Shown here: positions 12,781-25,080 of the stretch, one piece after another | Position numbering within the stretch: the first letter of the stretch is position 1 | Layout of the letters: each line of letters begins with the position of its first letter | Source of the DNA: Zygnema circumcarinatum SAG 698-1b | Taxonomy: Eukaryota; Plantae; Zygnematophyceae | Assembly (NCBI GenBank): GCA_037447605.1 | Contig: CM074805.1 | Coordinates: 2,823,361-2,887,360 of the forward strand | Direction of reading: 5' to 3' | Length of the DNA: 64,000 nucleotides | The notes under the pieces: generated by a model | Told to the model about the DNA's origin: nothing | Database searches by the model: none | What the model saw: only the letters and a program-made list of their open reading frames with translations | Translations under genes and position numbers: made by a program

Positions 12781-12817
12781 TGCCGCTTCGCCTGCCTCCG
12801 GTCGACCGCAGGCAGCC

Positions 12818-15800
12818 ATGGCGGCTGCGCGGGCCACCGCTCCCCTTGCCCTGCTGGTCAGCTGCCTTCTTCTGGGAGCAGCGCATGGCGCTTTTGTCCA
12901 GTATACTTTCAACGGTGAGGAACTCTGTCTAAAACACTGGTTTGTCTGCTGCGCGGCTCTGGTGCTGACGCCATGGTTGGTGATGTGTCTTCTGGACATG
13001 TGATTCTGAATTCTCTGATTTATTTTTTATGATGCAGTGTCGCACGGATTCTGGTCCCCCGACTGCGCAAAGAAGATGATGTACCTGGTGAACGGAGGGT
13101 ACCCGGGCCCTGTTGTGAACATCACCACCGGCGACACCGTCAGCATCACCGTGAACAACATGCTCTACATGGAGGGCACCACGGTAGTCCCGCTGCCCCC
13201 CCCCCACCCTAGTGCTGCTCGCCTTCAGATGAAGCCGTTGCCTACTCGCGTCTCCTTGCAGAGGTTGTGCTCTAACACGCACCGATCCATGTGCGTGCGC
13301 AGATCCACTGGCACGGTATCAAACAGAAGGGAACCCCATTCTATGACGGGGTGAATATGGAATCTCAGTGGTATGGTTCGACCTTTTCAACGCTTGGTCG
13401 CCAAGAGAGTGAAGTAAATGCCTAAGAATTTTTTTTTTTTTTCTATTAGTTCTTGCTAATAAATAAAAGATCTTTGCCAGGACGCAAAGCTTGTCTTTGA
13501 CATGTGTGCGAGGTCGGTCCTGCTGTGCATGCGCAGCCCCATCATGCCCGGCGAGAGCTTCACGTACACGTTCACAGTGGACCAGGTCGGCACCTTCTGG
13601 TGGCACAGCCACGACAGCATCCAGAAGGCCAACGGCCTGTACGGCCTCCTCGTCGTCCTGCCCAAGCCCACCATGAACGAGGCCGAGCACCTCGGATACG
13701 ACGAGGAGCTCGAGCACATGCTGCTCAACGACTGGTGGGGTGGATCTCTACTTATAACTGTACTCCGTTGTTCTTTTCGACGTTGCTGCTTTCCCCTTTC
13801 AACCTGGGAGATGGTGATTCAAAGATTTGCAAGCTCTGCTGTTGTAAACTGTCCTGACGGAGTTATGTGGGTTCGACAGGTGGCATGCAAACAACGTCCA
13901 GCAGACGCTTGGACTGAAGCAGAGGCTGCCGGATCCGTTCATCTGGGTAAACGATCCGCAGTCCATGCTCATCAACGGGCGGGGAATCTTCAACTGCAGC
14001 GACACCGCAGGTCTCCAGTGCCTCACCTGCAACACGAGCAATCCTCAGTGTGGCTACCCTGTCTTCGAGGTGGAGCATGGCAAGAGGTGGGCATTCCAGC
14101 GAGGCTTGCCCAAGGTCGCTTTGTTGAAGCTGATAATGCTAATGAAAATTCTGTATCGTTTAAAAAATGGCGTCGGGAGAGAGGGAAGGTAGCTTGAGAA
14201 TACAATGAAGAGAGGAAAGGAGAAGAAAGCTGCTAGGCAGCAAGTGGAACACAGGCATAACGATGTCGGTTGGGAGACGGCTGTAATCTGCAGGTATCGA
14301 ATTCGAGTCGTGAATGTGGGCTCCTTGGAGTATATGAACCTCGCCATTGAAGGGCATAACGTTACGGGTAAGCCTCCGTCACAGTATCCCTCTCTCAACT
14401 GCTTCTATCCAGAGAACAACTCGAATTATAAATCCTGTGATGAACCCAATCTTTTCGTTAACTTCCATCAACCCCATTTTTAGTTCCTCTACACTGAATC
14501 CGTGAATGGGCTATCCCGCGGCTCCCCGTGGTTTGCAGTGGTCCAGGCCGACGGCGACTACACGCAGCCCGTGGTGCTCCCGAACTTGGACATCAACGTC
14601 GGCCAGAGCTACGACATCGTCATCACCGCCAACCAGCCCGTCGGCAACTACTGGATCACCACGCACGTGCGACACAGGGCCACCGGTGCGCCACGTCACC
14701 CTCAAATCTCGTACCAGCCCGTCCAAGGGCGCCACGTGGCTTTTTGCGTGAGCTGCGGCTGACACGTGTCCGCCGTCCTCGCAGGCCCGACCGGCGCCGC
14801 CATCCTGCGGTACGTGGGCGCGGCGGCGGCGTACCCCCCGCGGAGCATTCCGAGCGCGTTCCCTGCGTGGAACGACACGGCGTACAGTTTGGCGCAGGCG
14901 CGGCAGATCGTCACGCGGACGGGCCACACGGAGAGGGTCCCGCCCGCGGACCGCGAGATCATTCTCGTGGGGACGCAAGGTGAGGAGCTCTTTTTTTAAG
15001 TCAAGGGCTTGCAGCGTCGGCTGAACGACGGCGCTTGCGTGCAGTGCCGAGAATAAGAGAGAGCGTTCATAAAAAATAATGGGAAATGGGGGGTGATTTG
15101 GATTCCTTCAGTGAGTCACGTCCTGGTTTGGGGCCGAGTGCTGATCTGCGGTCGTGGACTTGTTTGTTTGTCTTCTTGCAGGTTACGCGGACGGCTATCT
15201 CCTGTGAGCATTTGGGGCAGGCGGGGAGGGGCGGGCAGGGGCGGGCAGGGTTAGGCGTAGGGTTAGGGTAAGAGCGGAGGGATTATAGTGCGTTTTTGCG
15301 GTGGGGTGTTGAGTGAGGGGGGCGTGGATATTTGGCAGATGGGCTGTGAACAACCAGTCGTTTGCTGGCTCCAACACACCTCTGCTGCTGGAGAAGTACT
15401 ACGGATTGAAGAATTTCACAGATAATGGATCGAACGACAATCCGCCTAAGACATGGAACTACACGCAGCCGATTTATACGGAAGGCATTTCCAACCAAGT
15501 CGAGTCAGCAGGCATAGTTTACTCTGTTCCGGTAGGCTTTCACGTCTGACATTCGTTTTGGTTCAGTGCATGACTTAATAACTGAAAAACTGGTGCGAGC
15601 AAGCAACTCGGAGCCAGTTTTTGACTGCGGTAGGGAACTATTTTGCGTTCTTTTTTGCAGCTCAACCATACAGTTCAGGTTATCTTGCAGAACGCTTTGG
15701 CGCTGAATAATGTCAGGTGATCTTCAATTTTCCTTCTGCTGTGTTCGGCATTAGGATTCAATCTTCGGTCACCCTGGCAGGCGCTGATTGTATGTCCAAT

Positions 15801-16679
15801 TTTGCACTGTTTTTGAGTTTAAGGCAGGTCTTTGAAAGGGGTGTTGGCTTAAGTGCTTCTAGCAGCCTGCTGACATGCGGTGCTGTGAGTGGACTGCAGT
15901 GAGCAGCATCCGTGGCATCTTCATGGCCACGACTTCTGGGTATTAGGATGGGGTGATGGCGTTTACGATCCGGTCAAATCTCCATCGTCTTTCAACCTTG
16001 TCAACCCTATCAAGCGGAACACGGCCACCATTTATCCGAAGGGCTGGCTCGCTATTCGCTTCCTCGCCGACAATCCTGGTAAGATTTTGTCCCGGTCCTT
16101 TGAGGAGCACTCGTGACGGGGGAATACCCATTCGAGTGGTGCATTACGATGCAATGGTAAATGTTAAGGGGGAAGGCGCCACGTTTGCTAGATTTGGAAA
16201 CGAGAAGGATTCCGGAAACCAGAAAAGAAGGAAGAGAGAAGCTGTTTCGTGTTGATTTGCTTTCAATGCAGGCAACTAAAGCTGGCAGTTTGGGTGTTTT
16301 TTGTTTACAGGCATTTGGCCGCTTCACTGCGTAAGTTCTCCATGCCTTTCTGTATTCTTTTCATTTATCATGTCTACCTTGCCATTAGAGCTGTCTGTGG
16401 CTTCCTTCCTCAGTGCTAATACCGGTCACCCCTTCCCTTGCGTTTTTGCAGCACATTGTCTTCCACCTGGCGATGGGCATGCAAGTCTCCTTCGCGGTAG
16501 GACAGGATCATCTGCCAAAACTTCCAAACAACTTCCCAACTTGTGGAGCCATCACAACGGATGTCATAAGGGGATTGCGCCGCCGTACTGGTCGCCACCC
16601 TCCCGGCAAAGGAAAGCATCCCCCCGGCAAAGGACGACATCCTCCCGGCGTCGGCGGCCGCATGAGGGGGTCGCCATAG
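12818..16679 (+). CDS. AO: Secreted multicopper oxidase, L-ascorbate oxidase type
   Basis: Signal peptide [24 protein letters not shown]. All four Cu motifs are present after splicing: IHWHG (~13302), WWHSH (~13597), HPWHLHGH (~15907) and HC|[10 protein letters not shown] (16325-16480, axial Met). AO-like segments DWWHANN...[30 protein letters not shown] and GNYWIT. About 13 exons, including a 22-nt exon at 15182-15203. Stop TAG ends at 16679. Confidence 0.95.
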
Positions 16680-16846
16680 GCGGCAGCGCATGAACGGGGG
16701 GGCAATAATGTGCATGTGGCGGGAGAATGGTCCACGGATAGTAGTACCTTTGACAGCTCGTCAAAGTGTTGATTTTGCAAGGGGCTTTGTCATAACGCAG
16801 TTTCTCACTGCATGTGGGAGGGAGGGTAGCGCTGGGATTTGGGGGA

Positions 16847-16884
16847 AGGGGGGGGGGGGGGGGGGGGGGGGGGGNNNNNNNNNN
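16847..16884. other. Poly-G tract ending in a 10-N assembly gap
   Basis: G homopolymer followed by nnnnnnnnnn. Confidence 0.95.
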
Positions 16885-17530
16885 TGGTGGGGGGGTTTCT
16901 CTTGTTTATTTATTTTGCTTTCTCATGATCGACAAAATTTCTTATTTTGTTACCTGAGCTTTTATTTTTGTCCAATGCCTTCATACTTGTTGCCTTGTGA
17001 TTTTCCATGAATACACATATGAAGCTTCGAAAGGGAAGCGGAAAGCGCGATGGAGCAATTCTTTATACTATCTATTTGTTGTTCAAGTTAAACAATAATT
17101 TTTCCTAAACTACAATGTCCTCGAGCCTGTCTTCTACATTTGGAATGCATTTTCTAAAACCGCAGACACGAGCTGCATGTGGTACATCACTAGGAGCAGT
17201 ATTTGGGCGAGAACATGCGCCGTCTCTGCCGAAGCCCAGCCAAAAGCAGTCTCCAGCAATTCATCCCATGTGCGATGCACAACTATGGCAGGGATGCTGA
17301 TCAATGTGTTTTCAATTTTCTCGAGCCTAATTCATCCAATTGAATAACTACTGTAGTTTTACACCCAATCGCTGTCCCCCGTGTGTAGTCCTCGCAAGCG
17401 CTAACGAGTGAGTGCCTAGAAAGCCGCCACTCGCTCTCAAGAGCTCCACATCGCCCCCAGCGCTGCTCACCGCCCTCGCGTTCTTCTCCATGGCAGCCTT
17501 CCTCGCCCCGTGCCCATCCCTGACCGCACC

Positions 17531-17593
17531 CCATGCCATGCCCATGCCATGCCATGCGTCATACCCATGCCCATGCCATGCCACGACTCATGC
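17531..17593 (+). repeat. CATGC/CCATG short tandem array upstream of the sulfate transporter
   Basis: Nine CATGC units in ~63 bp (ccatgccatgcccatgccatgccatgc...). Confidence 0.8.
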
Positions 17594-17754
17594 CGCATTG
17601 CTGACCCCCTGCCGCGGCCGGACCACGACCAGGTTCAGGCCCTCCGCCTCGCCAGGGTGGCGGCGGTGCACTGTCTCGGGACACGGACGGCGCCGACAGG
17701 GAGAGGGAGGGAGAAAAGGAACCGCTCCCCCGCGCACCGCAGCGCGAGCTGGCC

Positions 17755-19540
17755 ATGGCGGGCGCTCGTCCGCGGAGCCCCCCGGGGGAGCTTTTGACCC
17801 CCGACTCGCCTACGGCGCCCCTCCTTGCAGATGGAGCTCCTCGCCGGATACCCTCCAGGTGAGGACCTTGCAGAAGGCGGAGCCATGGATTGGATGGGGA
17901 GGAAAGGAGGGATTCCACTATGCGTTTATTGTTGGTGCATGAGATAGTGGGTGGAAAAGCAGTAGGATAATAAAAAAAGACTGTTAATGCGGCGAAGGCT
18001 CATCCTGCAATGACCTCAGTGGTTAGTGTTTGGTAGCCTATTTAACATGTCAGCCGGTGTAGAAGTCTATCGCCAGTGACTTCTGGAGTTCTGAAAGACT
18101 CTATTTGGAACGTGAGGATTAGATTTTCCATTTTTTTGAATTTTCCAATTAAATATGAGTTGATTGAGTTGGGTCTGGTAAAGTTTCATCGAAGGTTCTG
18201 CTGCCTGAGAAGATGAGGAGCCTGGATTTCACTGACTATTCATTCACGAATGCTACAAAATCTGGAATCCAGATGTCGCACACTGTGTCCATTGCACATA
18301 GAAGTTTCCCAACGAAAACAAGGATTCTGAGGTTAAGACGAACACGCACTTAGGAAAACTTATGTCTTTCCTTGTTGAAAACACAGCTGCTTTTGTTGTC
18401 ATGTTGAGCAGCTAGTTGGAAGTCAACACAAGTCATGAACGTTTCTGGAAGCCCTGGTGTTTCCTTTTTGACTTACAATCTTTGCGTAGCGATTAGAGGC
18501 ATTCTTTAATGCTGTTCTTCTGGGGCGTGATGCAGAGCTGTAAAAATTCTACACATAAAGCATCCGCAACGGGGGGAGGCTTCTTTGGAGACAGAATCAA
18601 CTAGTCGACTATCTCGATTTCTTCAACGGGTGTCTTGGAAAGCAGCAGCAGAGGCCCTTTTTCCATGCATGCAATGGATCTCTGCATACAACTTTAAACG
18701 AGATTTTCAGGCAGACCTTCTTGCTGGCCTCACGGTCGGCGTCATGCTAGTTCCGCAGGTTAAGCAGCCCCATTCCCTGTTCCTTCAATTTAGTTCTATT
18801 CTTCTTTTTGGTTACTTTTGAACTAGAGTCTGACTACGGTTTTGTTATATCAAACGTTTCATTTTTTGTTGAGGCTTCTTGTCTTTTATCCAATCATATC
18901 TGATTGTTGCCCCCTCCTGGAAACTGTGTGAGCAGGCAATGTCTTATGCGAAACTCGCAGGAATGCCTCCAATATCTGGGCTTTGTAAGTCAAACCAAAT
19001 CCTGTCGAACTTTTACGAAATCTTGAATCGCTCAGATGTGTCCCTTCAACCTCCTCTCTTACATTCGTTCTATGCACAAACTCGGTTTATCAGTCGACGG
19101 TGTCAGCGCCCTTGGTGACCAAAATCGTACATAGTTGCAGCCTGGGTCTATGGACGTGTATGGCCGAACATCAGAAGTAAAACTCCTGGGTTTGATCGGC
19201 TGTAGAAAACCAGTGCTTCTCTTGCCATGGATCAAGACTGGAAAGCAGTCGCCCCTTGTCCTGCCTGTGCTTGAACCCGTCCCCGCCCCCTCCCCCCCCG
19301 CCTTGGCAGATCAGACTCCGCCTTCGTCCCCGTGGTGGGGTACGTCGTGTTCGGGACCTCCCGGCAGCTGGCAGTGGGCCCCGTGGCCCTCGTCTCCCTC
19401 CTCATGCGCGAGGGCATTGCGAGCGCGGCCCCGCAGGCGACGGACCCGGCGGACTATCAGAGCTTGGCACTCACTCTGTCGCTCCTTGTGGGCCTGCTGG
19501 AGGCCGCGATGGGGACTGCAAGGCACGCATCTCATTTCTC

Positions 19541-19574
<34 letters not shown>

Positions 19575-22500
19575 NNNNNNNNNNCCCCCCCCCCCCCCCC
19601 CCTCCCCTCCCCCTCTCCCTTTATGTGTCTGTGTGCACGCTCTTGCTTCCTTACATGTCTCTGTCCAGCTGAACCCTTCCTCCTTTGCGTCGGCCCCATT
19701 TGCTGTCCTCTGCAGGCTTGGCTTCCTGGTCCGCTTCCTGAGCCATTCCGTGGTATCCGGGTTCACCTCGGGCGCGGCCCTCCTGATTGGCCTGTCCGTG
19801 GTGCCGGAGTTCCTGGGCGTGCGGGCGGAGGGCAGCGCGCGGTTCTTCCCCCTCCTGTGGCGCCTTCTGCGCGCGGCGCAGGGCGGGGCCGTACGGACGG
19901 AGCCGCTGCTGCTGGGGGGGGCGGCGCTGGGCCTGCTGCTCGGGATGAAGGAGGGGGGCAGACGCTGCCCAAGGCTGCATTGGGTGCGAGCTGCCGGGCC
20001 TGTCACAGCGGTCGCATTGGGAACCATCATTGTCACGCTTTTCCAACCAAAAAATGTGAAGACGGTAAGCAGAGTGTTTCAAAGCCGGACGTCTTGGTCT
20101 TGCTCTTGCTCTTGCCTCCCTGTGGCCACTTGCCACCGTTCATCTCTTCGGTCTCTTGCCGCATCTTCTGTAAGGTTCTGGGGCTTTTGGATCGTCAGCC
20201 TGGCAGGTAGTCTCAAGTGCAGGTTAAGACGCAGTACTTACTGTCCACGTTCTGGAAGAGAGACACATGTAGACTGCACAATCCCTGTGAACGCCTGACT
20301 TGGAAACCAAAACCACGAATGCCATAAGTTCACCTGTCAAAACGTTGACCCAATCGTTTGCCACCTTGCCCCTTTGCAAACGCTCCTTAAGTCATCAGAT
20401 TTGGCTCCCTTGTGAGCCTTGCAGATAGGTGTCATTCCCCAGGGCCTCCCTCCCCTCAGTCTGCACTACCGCTGGGACGCTATTGCGTCTCTGCTTAAGC
20501 CCGCCGCTGTGATCATGGCGGTGGGCGTGTTGGAGTCCATGGGCATTGCGAGGGCGCTGGCGGCCCGCAACGGCTATGAGATTGACAGCAATCGTGAGCT
20601 TTTGGGGCTCGGACTCGCCAACATTCTCGGCTCCGCCTTTTCCGCCTTCCCCACTGCAGGTGAAGACTTTCTTTCGCCTTGGCCTTCATGGCGGTGTTGG
20701 CACGATGGCAACCCTTATATGCACAGGCTGGTGGTAGACCTCCACATAGCTGCTCTGTTGATGTTTGGAGGGGAGTGCGGGCACTTGCAGGTTCATTCTC
20801 TCGTTCCGCTGTGAGCAACGAGGCCGGCGCTCGCACAGGATTGGCTGGACTCGTCGCCGGAGGGGTCACTTTGGCCACTCTCCTCTTCCTCACGCCTCTG
20901 TTCATCCATGTTCCGCAGGTTGGTGTGAATATGTCCTCCTCAGCGTTTGCAAAAGCAGCTGCGGTACGCTGTCTGTGACGTATGCTGCAAGGAATGTGAG
21001 TTGAAGGTGGGAAGAAGCTGAGGGTGGCATAGTGGGTGCAGTGTGTTCTTGCAGCCATAGTCATCTCAGCAGTGATGGGACTTTTGGACTTTGAGGAGGC
21101 TGCATTCCTCTGGAGGGTAGAGCGGAAAGATTTCTGCCTTTGGTGTGCAGCCTTCTTGGGGACGCTCCTGTTCGGCATCGAAGTGGGCGTCCTCATTGCG
21201 GTGAGTGAGCTCCCTTGACGAGCGCAGCTATAATAAGCACATGGTCTCTGGGGGGAAGATGGAGCGCAAACAGCCGTGGCTGTTTGTTCCTTTCGTTCGA
21301 AACTGTGACATTGCATGTGCTGCTGGGCACAGGTGAGCCTCTCGCTTGTGTTTGTCATCCACGAGTCCGCCAATCCGCATATGGGTGAGCGGCGGGCTTC
21401 CTCTGTTAGACATGTTCTTTGGAGTGCATCTGTGCACTAAGAGAGAGCTATTGCGTTTCAAGCATCATACACACTAACTATACCTACTTTCTCCCTTTCT
21501 TGAAAGCAAGAAGGCCGGGCAGAATTTGCCCTTGTGCTTTGTTCCTTTGCTATGAGCCGCTGCTTGTCAACCCTTCTGAGTGCAAAGCATGGCGGGGATG
21601 TTCAGCGGTGCTAGGACGGCTTCCTGGGACCACTGTGTATCGCAATGTGGAGCAATATCAAGAGGCGCATACATATCCTGGCATGGTCGCTGTTCGTATT
21701 GATGCTCCCATGTATTTCGCGAACATAAACTTCATTAAAGAGAGGTATGAGAATTTAGATATTTAACTTGTTTGGAAACTTTGCTTGCCTGTTATTTTCG
21801 TGACTCTTTTGCCAATCATGGTGGAATCTCTCTCACCCAAGTCGAAGCTGGGGACCCTTGTTGCTTGGTTTTGCTGGCGAGTAAAAATGCTTGTTCCGTC
21901 TAGTTCACATATTTAGAGACCTTACATTTCCTTGTTTTTGCAAACGAGCTTGCCGTTCTGATATCTCTTGATCATTGATACGGCCGGCGGTTGACCGCCA
22001 GACTCCGAAAACAGGAGCTGATTTCCAACGGGACACAGACAGAGGCCGTTGCTGCAGAGCGGGTCCGCTTTGTCATTCTTGATATGACTCGTAAGTGGGC
22101 CATCATTCCTTACACATCCCCATCGTTTATCAAAAAACTTGACAAAAAAGTCATGGCATCGTTGAGCAACCTCTGCCTGATTCCTGTTTTGAGCACCCTC
22201 TTGCGTGACAGCTGTCATGTACGTCGACTCCACCGCCATCCACGCTTTGAAGGAGTTGCATGCAGAGTACACCGCTCGAGGGATACAGATGGCGCTCTCT
22301 AACCCTAATCTTCAGGTCATGAGAACGTTCGCACGTGCGGGGATTCCGGAACTCATTGGCCACAATTGGTACTTCGTGCGCGTGCACGATGCAGTGCAGG
22401 TGAGGATGCAGAGATTGGCCCTTAATCTAGGGGTCGACTCGTGCTCACCTCATAAACCTGTCTAATATTGTTTTTTAGTTTGGTGTGTGTGTGTGATACT

Positions 22501-22813
22501 TTGTCTTCTGGATTGTAGCACCTAGTTGTCAAACAAATGATATGTAAGCAATAGTCAAAACCATCATAGTTTCTATTTGTGTGTTGATGTGTACTGATCA
22601 CTGATTACGTCGTGTGCTTTAAGGGCAGGCTTCTCCTGACTGGTGGCGCATCCCCCTTTTTCCCTGCCTCCACAGGTGTGCTTGTCTCATCTCCAAGGGG
22701 ATGGGAGGCTTGACACGGTACTCCCATCTTTACATAATGGCGACCACGAATCGAGACCCATAGAACACGGGCGGCTGGCAGCCATGGCGCCCTCCGGTGA
22801 GAACGGCGTCTGA
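17755..22813 (+). CDS. SULTR4: SLC26/SulP sulfate transporter with STAS domain, SULTR4 type
   Basis: ATG at 17755 (MAGARPRS...RIPSR|AVKILHIKHP). Signature ADLLAGLTVGVMLVPQ|AMSYAKLAGMPP, then FGTSRQLAVGPVAL, RLGFLVRFLSHSVVSGFTSGAA, GSFSRSAV..EAGART, and STAS motifs RIDAPMYFAN and YVDSTA, ending VRVHDAVQ|VCL. Twelve exons; stop TGA at 22811-22813. Confidence 0.95.
19542..19603. other. Poly-C tract with a 10-N assembly gap inside a SULTR4 intron
   Basis: C homopolymer flanks nnnnnnnnnn; the reading frame is consistent across the intron. Confidence 0.95.
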
Positions 22814-23129
22814 GCCTCCAAATTCCGCGCGAGAGAATTCCGTTGCGTGCCTCCAACGAGACGCGAGCAGCGGCTGACTGACTGACTGACTAACTGCAGC
22901 TGTTGGCCGCCTCTGTCGGAAAGTAGTCTTTGTGCTACCAGTAATCGTTTGCAGATTTTTTTTCTGAGTTCTCTCTCGCCCTCTCTCTCTCTCTCCTTGC
23001 ACAAACCTGGAAATATTCTTTCTTGTTCCATTTTGGTAATCCCAATAAAATGTGTTTTTCAGCGTAGGCAGCACATAGTTCTGCATAACAAGATGTCCAT
23101 GGCCATTATGGCGCTGCATTTATTGAGGA

Positions 23130-24183
23130 TTAAGTTTTTATGTCTGCACAGTCTTGAAGGTGACGCAAAGTCGTCTTCTCCGTCTGCGGCGGAGCAGGCG
23201 CGGAGAGAAGTGCGCTCAAATGGCTGAACAGCTTTGCACGGAGGTTTGAGGTGAAAAGATGCGTTAGCAGAAAGTGCACGAGTTGGCGAAGGCGTTCTAC
23301 TTTGTGGGACTCCGCGAGACGAACCTGACGCAACAAACCACAATGCGATAAAACAATGAGAAATTACGTCAAGTCGAAAGGTTTAGACGATGCTGCTTTG
23401 CCACAAGCCCACGCGTGCACACGTTATCTCCAAGCCAGTCTTGGGGGACCATCGCATGCTTGCAACGATGGCTGCGGCGAGGGAAGTGCCTCGAACACAA
23501 ACGCGGTTGAGAATGCGCACAGCGTAGGGACTTTTGGTTATGTCACCAGATCGCGTCTCATATGATATGCCCATGAAAAGGAAAGCTGGCCAAACACTGA
23601 AAAAACACCAGGATGGGTTCGTGACAGCACGCCTTCCTGCCGCCCAGCACAACCGACCGCATACGCGATCGAGGAAATCGCCGCAGGGCTCGGACTGGCC
23701 ACCGTCAGGCAGCCTTCCTCCCAGCCACCTTCCTGCGCCATCAAGCCGCAGCGCTGGCCAGCCGGCCGTGAGCGGAAAAAAAAAATAGAAGAAAAAAAAA
23801 GAAATAGAAAGCCGCGTAGAGGGAAGGCTTGTGCAGGCCGCGTCGCACAGGGCGAGGGAAGGGGGGAGGGAGAAAGGGAGGGAGGGAGGGAGGGCGCTGG
23901 AGGACCTCTGCCCATGCGTGGCGGCGCTTGGGCGCAATGTCAGATTCAGACAGAACGAAAGCCATTCCTCAGAAGGGATCTAGCGTGTGGATTAGGGCTC
24001 GGCGGGGACAAGGTCAGGGCCGGGTCAGCGCGGTCCGTGCGACAGCGGCAGCGCAGCGTTAGTGGATTCATGGGTCGCTCAGAGTAGCGATTCCAAACAA
24101 AGAGGCACAGCTTTGGGGGCAGGACGCGCTCGGAAAGCCCTCAGCTCCCGCGCCGTCCCGCCAGCAGCCAGCCCGTCCGCCAT
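23130..24183 (-). CDS. Small spliced gene of unknown function (3' exons supported, 5' structure uncertain)
   Basis: Exons ending at 23423, 23324-23280 and 23183-23130 join in phase 0 via GT..AG introns (the last with a CTAAC branch-like motif), giving HAMVPQDWLGDN|VRLAESHKVERLRQL|TEKTTLRHLQDCADIKT*. A candidate ATG at 24183 could not be linked unambiguously. Confidence 0.45.
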
Positions 24184-24782
24184 GGCCGGACCTTCCACGG
24201 CCATGGGCGGCCGCACATGCTGATGCACCGTGCTTCCCATGGATTATCTGGAGTGCTGTCGTCACGCTGACGTTGAACGCCGTACCGACAAATAACCCGC
24301 TTATAAGGTGACAAGAATATGTATGGTCTAAAAAGTCCTTCCGTTTCGAAGAGCATGGCGAAAAACGACAAACGAGGGATACGGCCATCCGCGGCTGTGC
24401 CAATCGCCGTCCGCCGTTGAGACCTGGCCATTTGGCGTCACTGCCGACCACTAATGACGTCATCACGGTTGGGAGGGAGGAGGGTGTTTGAGTGGGTGGA
24501 GGATCGGCCGAAAGGTTCACACGGCGAAATTTCATGTGGTGGACTTTCCGAATTTCATACCAATAACATCCAGATTTCAGACGTCCTGGGTGGCGTCTCT
24601 CTCTCTCCTTTAGGCTGCGTTGTTGTGCCTAGGCGTAGTTTTCCGCTCTTAGCTTCGTTTATTGTGTTTCGGTCCTTTGCGACCATATTCCACAATTCAG
24701 TGTAACTTTCATTTGACTCCCCCCTACAACCTCAACAGCAATCAATAACTACGAAGTCAAACTCCACAATCCGAGAATTTCG

Positions 24783-25080
24783 TAGGGGGAGTCAGACCCT
24801 GATCATCTCCAAATCAATTTCATAAGCCTGTCGGGCGAATTAAGCATTGGCTAGGTACGCATTTCGGTACGGCTGGGCTCGGCGGAGCCGCGGATCCCGA
24901 CCCGGAATTCGTACACGAAAGAAGTGACTTTTAGTGTAAGGAATTCGGGAATTTCGTAAGCGATGGTCAAGGTCTGACTCCCCCTAAAAACCGTACCGAA
25001 ATGCGTACCTAGCCAATGCTTAATTTGCCCTACAGGCTTACGAAATTGATTTGGCGATGGTCAAGGACTGACTTCCCCTA
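24783..25080. mobile_element. Foldback/MITE-like element with 90-bp terminal inverted repeats and TA ends
   Basis: Arms 24783-24872 and 24991-25080 are reverse complements with 8 mismatches in 90 bp; the inner 35 bp are perfect. Ends are TA-GGGGGAGTCAG ... CTGACTTCCCC-TA. No coding capacity. Confidence 0.75.
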
